Source of the DNA: Bispira polyomma
Taxonomy: Eukaryota
NCBI GenBank assembly: GCA_965649765.1
Contig: OZ287752.1
Location: forward strand, 42,532,001-42,596,000
DNA: 64,000 bases
Reading direction: 5' to 3'
This document shows positions 26,433-36,832 of the stretch, piece by piece. Made by a program: the position numbers and the translations under genes. Position 1 is the stretch's first letter. The number at the start of each line of letters is the position of its first letter. The notes under the pieces were generated by a model. That model worked only from the letters and a program-made list of their open reading frames with translations. It ran no database searches and was not told the DNA's origin.

Positions 26433-27905
26433 AATTATTATTATTATGAATTTTTAACGCACTTTATTGATGCTAGGCATCTTCTAAAGCGCAACAGCAG
26501 AATCTTTGATCCAATCGTAAAATTCATAGGCACAGCAGAGTCATAAGGAAAGAGGTGGGAGCGTGCATGAGGTAAGCTATGGTGGGTAGGTAAAAGTGGT
26601 AACGTGTATATTGATCAAAATTCGAGAGTAAATAGGCAGTCAGTTTAATTTTTTAAGGTAAGGATTGACGTCTGTACGAATACTCAGTCGAAAAATAATC
26701 CTGCATAGGTAGTTTTGAATGGACTCGAGTTTTTTAATCTGTGACTTATTAACTCCATACAGAAGAGAGTTGCAATAGTCGAGGCGGCTGCTCACAGGGG
26801 TGTTAGCCACAGTTATCGCAGTGTCCATTGACATGTGGCTTTCGGATTCTTTTGATGTCACTTATATGGTAACATGAGTATCAAACAAAAAATCTGAATC
26901 AAAAGTGACACCCAGGTTTTTAGCATTTTTGGAAGGTAGTATGTCTTTTCCCAGAATGAAGATGGCAAACAAAGATTTTAAGTATTCACTGTTTTTCTTG
27001 TTTTCAACGAATGAATTCTGTTTTGTCCGGGTTTAGTTTGAGTTTGGAGTGGTTTATCCACGCCTTGACTGCAGACATACAGTCTGCCAACAGGACAATA
27101 TTTTTATTCGCGTTTTGAGGGTTGTGAGAGAGAGAGAGATTTGAGTGTCATCAGCATACATATGGCGTTTTATATTATGTTCATTGATAACATTGCTAAG
27201 AGGACGTGTATAAAGGGTGAAAAGTAGAGGCTCAAGGACGAATCCCTGGGGTACTCCGTATGGTAGGTTAAAAGAGGATGATAGGTGATCATCTAATTTA
27301 AATCTTTGTGCTCTAAGAGTGAGGTAGGATCTGATCTATTCAAGGACACTGCCATTTATTCCAAACCACTGCTTGAGAGTGTCGCAGAGCAGGCCATGAT
27401 CAATTGTGTCAAATACTGCTGAAAGATCCAGAAGGGTGAGGACCACTGTGTCATTGCGGTCCAGTGCAACATTGATATCATTGCTGATAGAAAAAAAGAG
27501 CACTTTCTGTGGATTGGAGTTTGCTGTAAGCAGATTGGTGACGATTTTCGATGTTTTGTCTGTTTAGGTGGTCAGAAATTTGGTGTGCTACAGCTTTCTC
27601 GATTTGACAGAGGTCTGTAGTTTTTGAGCTAGTTCTTATCAAGCCCTTGTTTTTTATCAAGAGAGTGACATATGCAATCCTGAAACAGGTGGGAAAAATA
27701 CCCTCCTGAAGAGAAAGATTTAATATGTTGGTTATGGGTGTAACTAGAGTGTCAAGGCATTGATTTAAAATAACTGCTGAGATAGGATCTAGTTCACAAG
27801 ATTTAATGGGAGAGGATTTCATTAGTTTTAGAACATCCTGCTCGGAGAGTGTACTAAAATGCAACAATTTAGACACCTTATACCCTGGCGTTGGAGGACA
27901 GGATT
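26433..27905 (-). mobile_element. 5'-truncated L2/CR1-group LINE with (TAA)n tail
   Basis: KSCELDPI...GIFPTCF, HQSAY, YGVPQG (~27245-27262), MYADDT (~27145-27160), LKLNPDK, SRLDYCNSLLYGV. (TTA)n at 26434-26447. Absent from paralogous copies B and C. Confidence 0.95.
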
Positions 27906-30900
27906 CATACCATAATAATCTAGCTCAATATAATATTATTATGAGTATTCATTTGATGCAACAAAACTATACTAGAATTCTATCTTGTTGCCAAACTAGG
28001 CATTTACCTTCAGTTTTTCGTTTTAGTTCAAACATTTCCCAGGATATTGTGTCACCATATATAAAAAGCATGTGTGTTAACTAGACTGACCCTATAACTG
28101 TACCAAAAATCCCAGACTGCAAACAGTAGACTGTAGACTGTATTGGTAACAGGTGCAACAAAAAGGTCATGACGTTATTAACAACAACCCTGTCAAGGCA
28201 GTTTTAATGGATGGTCATCTGGCTTATCTTTTTGTTAAAAAACATCTATGAGGCTTCAAGTAACACAGCAGCCACATTAGTTAAAGATTACAAATTTTGA
28301 GATATTTAAGCAAGCTACTCAACTATCTGTATTTATGATACCCTTATATCAATGGATAGAATAACAGATTCCTGATTTGATGGAAAAAAACCTGAATGAA
28401 ATCGTAACAGTTTCTTTCTTTTGATTATTGTAGTTATTTTGTATGTGATAATTTATCCAATCACACAGTTTTTTATAATGTAGTAGATATTAACTGATCT
28501 CCGTGGAAAAAGCTCCCTTTTAATACATAGGATATCAGTGGTGACCTTTGTGGCTGAGGTAACACTTTATATCCTATAATGATACCTCTTTTTTGTGCTG
28601 TTACGTAATTGCAGGAGTGGTTTAGATGAAGACAATGATTCCCCTGAACAAGATCGTTAAGTCTTTCAAAAGATTGAACATCTTTGAAGAACACATAAGA
28701 AGCATGTAATTTTTCTGGGCTTCCAAGGTCACAATACTTAGTACAAAACACAATGGAGTTTTAGCATTAGTGCATTATTTCCACTCTACATAGGCGGGTC
28801 AAGGAATTTGTGAAGGAGGGGGGTGGGGGGTGGGGGTGGAGTAGAGTGTTCACACCCATAATATGTTGCAAATATAAATATTTAAATAGGGTTGTTAGAC
28901 TAATGTTTTCTACTCTAGAAAACTTATTTTAAAGTGTGTAGGGGCGGTTGTCATAACACATTATCAAATACGTTGCAACTCTGGTGTAATGGAAATCAAT
29001 GTTCATCAACAATATATATTGCATATCTATGGTTGGAGATTGGTTTTATTTACAGATTAAATGTCAATATGATCAGTGTGTATTATTACCACAAACGTAT
29101 GAAACAATTTAAGCATTTGGAAATAACTACAAATGATTGCAAAACTTCAGTAGTTATCAAGGCAGGTTAAAACCAAAACTATGCAGGAAAAGCAAGCGAT
29201 CTAAAAGTCAACAATTGTATTGCATTGTGTTATGGATTGTTAACACGCATTTTTGATACTTGTGAAGGGGGGATGTAGTGTAAAAACATAGCAAAGTGGT
29301 AAGAAAGGATGTAGTGTGTGACCACAGAATAGCCTAATGTGGATAAGCAAGTTCAAAATTATGATACTAAAGTTTTCTCCTAAAATGGAGTGCCTATTGT
29401 GTTCCCAGCTAAACTGGGAGGTTATTCCCTAACATGGCGGCAGCCACTGAGAAAGCCCTTAATCCCGGCCCTTCTGGTGGGTTTAGTAGAAGAAATAGGA
29501 AGTCTAATACCTCTTTTAAGGTTTTCTGAAAGACAAGAGAGAGACCGTCAAAGAAGGCTGGGGAAGAACCAAGGCCTTAAAGACAGTGACATGGATTTTA
29601 AAGAGAATTCTATAAAGAATGCCAGTTTAATTGTGGTTCTAATCTCAATACGAAAAATTACCCTAGATAGTTTTGAATGGGCTGCAACTTTTGATTTGAT
29701 AGTTAATACTACAGGTAGTGTTTACAATACATCAAATTTAATATATATATTGTCTAATTATAAACAAAAAATACAATGTATTGTGTATTGTACAAGTAGC
29801 CTCTTGTCTTAGATTACAGGTGTCACACAGTGTGTTAGCCATTCATTGAGGTAATTTAATAATTTCACCATTATTTATTATTGATAGCTTTGCCGTTGAG
29901 TAGGTGGATTGCTTTATTCAGAGGCCAGGCTGTCTTATTTTATAAATGATATTGTGCTTAAGCTCATCATAATCTCACATGAAGGTCTTAACATATCTTA
30001 TTAAACAGGAGACATAATTTTCTAACTCAATATTTAACTTATTTGCTAGAAACTTTATTGACAAAAATGATTGCATTGCTTAGGTTATATAGTTGTATTA
30101 GGTCCATTTATGTTTCAAATACTTGAGGTTAACCCTACATCTTAGTTTACATCTCTTCACAAAACCTTTGTCTGATCTGTAATAGTGAGTGCGTGGAGTA
30201 TTAAATGGTAAATTCCATGTTTTATTAAAGGTTTTACTGAAGGCGTCAGTCGCTTCTGGACATATTTTACTATGAAGGGGCTATGTCAGAGAGAAGAAAG
30301 CTTAAAACCAGCCAAAATAATCAATCAAAAAAGCCCAACTTGTGAATTCTGTGGTTACTGTAGTCCATTTGAAGGAGGAGATGACCCTACATTGTTCCAT
30401 GGGCTCGTGTGAAAGACAACTTAATTATAAACGTGAAAGACACCTTAATTACAAACCAAGTAGCCAGTGCTAAGATCACGGTAAATCAGAAGACATTTCC
30501 GCAACATATTAGATAGGGTAATTGAGGTCACGATTGGGATTCTTTAAAAAATCACTAATGCAATAGAGTGAGAGAATGGTTTCTGTTGCCTGTGTTTGTG
30601 ATAGTTCTTTAGTCCTTTGTAAATAAGTAATTTTTTTATGATGAAGAAAATGATGGTTGTAGTAATGTAATAAATTAAGAGACAGAATTTTAACCTTATT
30701 CTTTGTAAGTTTTATTTTTGTTTATATTTTTTTTTGTTACTTTATTACATTTCAGTCTCGCACATTGTTAAAGTGCTTATGATTTAGTTTTATCATGTCA
30801 ACATGTAGTCTATTTGGTTATATTTAAGGGTGGTTTTGAATGGCATATATATATATTTGAAAGTTGAAAATGCGTTTTTGGTAAATACAGTTTTTCAATT

Positions 30901-31050
30901 GCCATAAGTTTTGGCTTTTTAAATTGGCTAGATCTATGTATCTATTTTTCTATTTCTATATTTGTTTCCATTCTATTTTTAGTACAGATGTAACAGGCTT
31001 AATGTAGGCTATGTATATAAGTCTGTATACAGGACTCTTGTAACTAATTT

Positions 31051-31310
31051 GGGGCAGCGGTGGCCCAGTGGTTAGCAAGCATTGTGCTTCACAATCACTG
31101 GTCTCTCACCTCTGGGATTGGCTGGCGTGGGTTCGACTCCTGTCAATGCCTATGTGGGAAAGGTGGTAGTTCCTTACTGTGGGCCGCTGGTTTCAGTGCA
31201 GAACCTTGATCAACTGTATGCAGTGTTTCCTCCAGCGTTTTCAACTACCCATTTCAATATAACCTAAACAGGTACTAGAGTGGATGTTAAATATCCTAAT
31301 TCACTTCAAA
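31051..31310 (+). mobile_element. tRNA-derived SINE family 1, full length, 14-bp TSD
   Basis: A box TGGCCCAGTGG (31061), B box GGTTCGACTCC (31130); TSD TCTTGTAA(C/A)TAATT at 31036 and 31311. Empty site at ~41382 in copy C. Confidence 0.95.
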
Positions 31311-31692
31311 TCTTGTAAATAATTGATTGTTGATAGAGATGACCTGTTGAGATGACCAGTTGAAAATACTTAAATTTATAAGTACCCGATAAACCAATGG
31401 GATTGTTGTGACCAAGACAGATGAATATATGTACATTTATACTGTGGGTATAATCTTTCCATATACAAAGAATAAAACCAGCTAAATATTTAATAGATTA
31501 AATGACAATGCTAAGTTATTGAATTTTCAAAACTGCCTTGTATCGGAAAGAAAGATTCACAGGTAAATGTATTTCTTGCATAGATTAAGTTCTACCATGT
31601 CCACAAAGTATCTATTTTGTATCTGATACTTCATCAATATAGAATACAAACCATTTGTACTCTATTTAACTTAGCATTATACACAACACACT

Positions 31693-31920
31693 ACCGTCAA
31701 GTGGGTAACACACTCTATTAACACAGATGACCTGGATTCGATACCATCCTGGATGGGGCTCCCAGGTACAGGCAGATACAGAACTGCTCGGATGACCACT
31801 TACAATGGAGGTGACAGGCTAAAGAAGATTGGGAACATTGATAGATACTAATCCTCATGCTTCTGTCTTTAGTCAGAGGAATGGCGGTTACTTGTGCTGG
31901 ATGGCAGCATTAGTGCGATC
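31693..31920 (+). mobile_element. tRNA-derived SINE family 2 (other copies 1710-1915, 37025-37140; internally deleted paralog 46634-46720)
   Basis: Degenerate A box, GGATTCGATACC B box, CCAGGTACAGGCAGATA shared with ~37100. Confidence 0.65.
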
Positions 31921-32739
31921 AAAAAAGTAACTTAATGATAAAAAAGCAGGGAGAGACTACGTTGATTATCAATAATATTAATTAAGGAGTTGCGAGTGAC
32001 ATTGGTCAAAGTTTTGGTGATTGATGGCAACTTTGGGCCCCAGAAACCATAAATATAAGATTACTTGCTTAAGTTAGCCTTTATATTTATAAATCTATGC
32101 ATTTTTCTTAACAAAAATCTTGCCAATGCCTAACGATTTACAGTGGAGAATCGTAATAAACTAGTATGAACTACTTTCCCCCACCAGTAAAACTGCCTAT
32201 TTTGATAAGGGACGTTAAACCCAAATAAATATATCAATTAACAAAAATCATCATCTGCAATTTCTGCTACAGTACAAGTGCTATGTCAGTGCAACATGTT
32301 AATTTATGGGATGATGATGTCTGATGGCCTGAAAGCCATGCCTATGGTATGGCCAACAATTTGTACATAGGAATACAAATACTGAATCAGTGAATATGTT
32401 AGCTAGAAGAAAATTTGGTAAAATTTGTGAAAATTTCCATGTATGCAGTACTACAATTAACTATTATAATCAAGCCCAATCACATACCATATTTGACTTT
32501 ACTACAGTTGGATATAAGAAGGTGGCAGTGGCTTGTATGCTCTACTACTCAGTACACAGCTACAATAAGGTCCACTCGGCTCGCAGATAATGTCATAATA
32601 ACTGCTACACTGTGCGTGTATGGCCTCCCTTATATGGAACCATTTCCGATCAAGGCTGTGATTATTGACAGCAAGTCAAAAATTAGCCTAGCCTTGTCGA
32701 GGCTTAAACACTCATACAAATAATCTAAACCATTAGGGT

Positions 32740-33165
32740 CTGAAGATCATTATTCTCCCTTATTCTTCCGGGTACATTGGCTGTCCATTCACTGTAGAAT
32801 TATGTTTATAATCCATGTCACTACTTTCAAGAATGTTGTCACTAATCAGAGAAGAGAGGTAATAGACATTCGGTTTTCTCTGTTAGACCCAACTGGAGGA
32901 CTTGATCCAGAGCTATCCCCATAGCGGCTCCTATGTTATTAAACAGTCACCCAGTCAAAAAAACAGTCGGTTTTAGGAAAAAAAATTAAAACCCATCTTT
33001 TTAAGCTCGCTTATCCACCTTTATACCTTCCTGTACACCTCAAGATCCTTCTTTACGACCTGACTATGTTTATAGACTACACAATTGGTTAACTGATTCT
33101 GTTGTTGCGCTTTAGAAGCATATAGCATTAATACAGCACGTTCATAATATATAACAATAATTAAT
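32740..33165 (+). mobile_element. LINE 3' relic, same family as 26433-27905
   Basis: VHWLSIHCRIMF and KLKPIF/THLFKLAYPP-like motifs; 3' UTR TTGCGCTTTAGAAG..TAGCAT.AATA matches the reverse complement of 26455-26495. Confidence 0.8.
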
Positions 33166-33549
33166 TACAAGCTATATGAAAGTTAAACGTACAAGTTACA
33201 AGTTCTATGCCATTACCAACTGATATAGAAGTCCTACTCCAGAGAAAGGGACCTTCTTAGTACATAACTTTCATTACTTATTACCTCAGTCAACTATAAG
33301 TGATGTGTCTGTCCATGTCCATTAATTGGTTTGTTCACCAGAAAACTGCTGATCCGGATTGGACATTATATGACTTTAAGCTAACTAGCAGTTTTTTTAT
33401 TCTGTTTTTGGAAACTGTTGAAAGGTTGACGATATCACCAATGACTACATTAAAGAAGAGTAATTTAGGTCATGATTGCCTTAACATATTGTAAACCTTC
33501 ACTACCACAGACAGATGTTATACACATGACTAGATATACAAGCTTGCTA

Positions 33550-33815
33550 TGGTAGCTACACACCCTCCCCCTGAAATTGAGAAAAATTAGATTTACCAAA
33601 AGTTTACCCAATGTTAACCCAATTGAGCACATTTGGGTCGCCATAGTGATGTTATTTTATCAAAAGATGTAAACCTTTAAACTTAATTGAACTGGGACAA
33701 GCTTATAGAAAGAGTGGAGAAATTCGCCCCAAGCATCTTACAGACCTTGTTTAGAACATGCCCCACAGGATGGTAGCTATTGTGCAGGTCAGAAGCTCTC
33801 ATACTGAACCAATTA
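33550..33815 (+). pseudogene. Tc1-like transposase C-terminal relic (copy B)
   Basis: Reads PNVNPIEHIW (cf. the Tc1 SPDLNPIExxW motif), then with frameshifts LQTLFR/MPHRMVAIVQVRSSHT (cf. SMPRRxxAVIxAxGGxT). Confidence 0.8.
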
Positions 33816-35005
33816 ACTGTAGTCAAATGTCTGATAATTAAAATAAATTTTTTAAAATGTATTATTGGTGTTGTAACTTAGGTTCTTTCAGTTATACTTT
33901 GTTTTATTTAATGTCCTGTGACAACTACAAAGCAAGGAAACATGTTTTAAATGCCTATGAAAATCATGAAAAGTTAATGTTTCAACCTACTAATTCTAGA
34001 TCAATCAAAAATATATTCCAATTCTCTCAAAAAATGGGGCTGTATCTGCCTGTTTCAGCAACTTTGTACACAGGAGTTCATATTTTGTTTCAAATGTCTC
34101 CATCTTCACAACTAACTTGGACAGTGACAGATCTCCTTGTCTTCTGACACATCTATAGTTATCGGTAAACATATGCAAGGTACTCAACGTAAATGGCAAA
34201 AACATAAAGGAAAAACAGGGAAACAAATGGAACCCCACGTTCTCAAGTATTACAGGGTTTTCTCCACACCAATTAGTAATCAATACACGACACACAGACA
34301 GGGCTGATGTTGCTGTTCTTAGATAAGACCCTCGAATGTCTTACCACTTCAACTGCTTCTGATTTACTTCCAATATAGCAGCCTGTACCAAGCTTTCATT
34401 AACACTAGCCAACCATTTGTCAGGAATAAAAACAGACAAGTGATATTTTGTACTATTAATCATTTGACCTGGCACTTTCTTTGAGGGCTCCTAAACTTAA
34501 ATACTATATTAATAAAGCTCAATAAAATATTATTATGATTATTCATTTCCTGCAACACAAAAATACTAGAATTCTATCTTGTTATCAAAACTAAACATTC
34601 ACCTTCACTTCTTTAAGATACTGTGAAGAATGGGCGTCACAACCAAAGTGGAGTCCACTTGTAGTTCAAACACTAGAAGAACATAGATTCCTTTTAATAC
34701 TTTGTCACCATATATAAAAAAAGTCTGTGTGTTAACTAGAATAATTGTAAACATGTACAAAAAAATTACTGACTGCAAACTGTAGACGGTTGTAGCTGTC
34801 TATGTACTGGTAATAGGTGCAACAAAAATTGACGTCTTAGGCAGCAACCCGTCAGGTCAGTTTTTATAGGTAGTCATCCAGCTAATGTTTTTTTTTTTTT
34901 GTTTTGTACAAAAACACGAGGGAGTTTTAGCATTAGTGCAGTATTTCCATTCTACATAGGCGGGTCCAGGATTTTGTAAAGTGTGTGGGGGGAGGGTGTA
35001 CACAC
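33550..35005 (+). repeat. Segmental duplication II, copy B (truncated)
   Basis: Matches A 25800-28860 minus the LINE and minus A ~28240-28740; 33980-34890 matches C 38663-39570. Confidence 0.93.
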
Positions 35006-35139
35006 CTATCCCAGCAGGAAAAATGATATCCACTTGATGTCAAAATGACGTATCACCTTGATGTCTGACATCGTTTTTTGGTCGGATTTGCCAATTTGGA
35101 GTAATATGCCACAGTATAACTTATGGTTGTCAATGTCTG

Positions 35140-35450
35140 AATAATTTAGCTGTTTCGAGCTTTAGATAATTTTTGGGCAGGTTGCTTGTAACCAACACGC
35201 CTATTAGATTGATGTGATCGTCGTCCATCCATCTGTCAACATTTAGTTTCTGTCTGTCCGTCCATCCGTCAACATTTTGGTTTCCGTCTATCGTCCGTCA
35301 ACATTTTGGTTTTAGGCAAGTTAAGGAAAAGTATTGCAGCTATTATCACCAAATTTGTTGTGGAGGTGTATCATATCAATAGCTTGGTTGGGATTGTATT
35401 CCGGCTTATTCCAAAAAACAAGGCGGCCGTCTATTTGAATTTTATAAAAT
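35140..35450 (+). mobile_element. HINE/Helentron-like fragment with (CCGT/CTGT) microsatellite
   Basis: GTCCGTCCATCCGTCAACATTTT repeated three times, followed by CACCAAATTTG and CAAGGCGGCCG motifs. Confidence 0.55.
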
Positions 35451-35699
35451 AGGACCTAGCTAACCCCAAAACTAAAATTTATGACAGTGAATTCTTTCTG
35501 TATACACATCACAATTAGGGCTTTTTTTCTAAACATCTCCCATCACTTTCACAACAATGAACACAGTGCTGAGTATTGCCTGCTATTATTTACAGAACAC
35601 TACAACTAGGATACACACACACAATGTTTATTCTTGTGCACAGATAGCCTCGCTTTTACTTGGAAATGTGTTTTATGCAAAACTTTTTGAAATTGTTTC

Positions 35700-36065
35700 C
35701 AGCCTCTTTACGGATGTTTACAAGTGTGTAAATGGATTGGGACCACACTTCATCAGTAAACTTTATTAAGTTTCAGAGCCAGGTAGATTTGCAAGAGCCT
35801 TAAATGGTCTTATATTGTCATACCCTCGAAAAGTACCAAACAACAACAGTGGTGATCAGGCCTTTGTCTATGCTGTGCCTACTTTATGAAAGTTGACTGT
35901 GGATATCAGATCTTCAAAATCACTACTAGAATTTAGAAAACAGCTCACACCATACCTTTTCAAATGTGTTTATGATGTTTAAAATTTTAATTATCAACGC
36001 TTATAGACACAGTGACTATGTAATATACGCTATATAAGTACCATGTGTTATGTTATGTTATGTTA
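35700..36065 (+). mobile_element. L2-group LINE 3' end with (TGTTA)n tail
   Basis: GDQAFVYAVPTL (cf. GDRAFSxAAPxLWN), FRKQLTPYLF, tail TGTTATGTTATGTTATGTTA. Confidence 0.8.
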
Positions 36066-36110
36066 AGAGAAGGTGGGGGACCACTGTGCAACAGGGGAGG
36101 AACTTATAAA

Positions 36111-36212
36111 AATGTCAGTTTTAGACTTAGTATATGACAAGGTAAATGTCAGTTTTAGACTTAGTATATGACAAGGTAAATGTCAGTTTTAGACTTAGTA
36201 TATGACAAGGTA
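36111..36212. repeat. Perfect 3 x 34-bp tandem repeat
   Basis: AATGTCAGTTTTAGACTTAGTATATGACAAGGTA at 36111, 36145 and 36179. Confidence 0.97.
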
Positions 36213-36359
36213 GAGACCCACTGTGCAAGGACGAAGAGGTGGAGGTCCACTGCGAAAAGGAGAAAAGAAATTAAATTTTTTTGAAATAATTATGCTCTTT
36301 GGGTGGGGCCCACTGCGACATTTCCATGTTACGTGGGGCATACTACACCACTGTGCAGC

Positions 36360-36832
36360 TATCCCACGACTCTTATCTTTGCTGATCCCCCTGCTCTACT
36401 AATAAGTCGTGCTCACAAGATACCCTAAACTCCCTCGTAATAGCCCGTGCTTTCATAAGAGCCCACCCCTAGTTTTCTATAAATACTGTTAAAATTTTGA
36501 ATAAAAAAAAGAAAAACCACATTCTCTTTAGAGCCCATACCTTACATTTCCTTAAGTTCAAGTTAAAAGCCCATGGGCTATTATGAGGGAGTTTAGGGTA
36601 ATTGTATTAAGTGGTGAGCACAAGATCATCCCATGTGCAAGACTTATTATCTTGCGCTCACCACTTATCATCTCGTGCTCACCACTAACTAAGTGGTGAT
36701 CACCAGATGATCTCGTGCTCACGACTTAATAAGTGGCAAGCACGAGATGATCTGGTGAACATGACTTAATAAGTCGTAAGCACGATAATAAATGAAAAAA
36801 ATATATATTGATGTCCTAATAGGGGCTCAGTA
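36360..36832. mobile_element. Palindrome-array MITE interrupted by the 36421-36600 element
   Basis: Repeated TAAGT(C/G)GTG.(G/T)CAC(G/A)AGAT units on both sides of the inner MITE; right end ...GGGGCTCAGTA resembles the ...GGCTTTCGTA end of 20756-20972. Confidence 0.6.
36421..36600. mobile_element. TA-bounded MITE (Tc1/mariner-pogo type), 26-bp TIRs
   Basis: TACCCTAAACTCCCTCGTAATAGCCC vs GGGCTATTATGAGGGAGTTTAGGGTA: inverted with one mismatch. Confidence 0.9.

Larger units (their letters stand above)
25800..32725 (+). repeat. Segmental duplication II, copy A
   Basis: Collinear blocks shared with 33550-35005 and 38660-47465, e.g. CTCCACACCAATTAGTAATCAATACACGACACACAGAC in all three. Confidence 0.93.

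Noticed and set aside
31051-31145. tRNA gene (also at 42797)
   Set aside because: The A/B boxes belong to a SINE head: over-long spacing, ~170-bp conserved body and TSDs.
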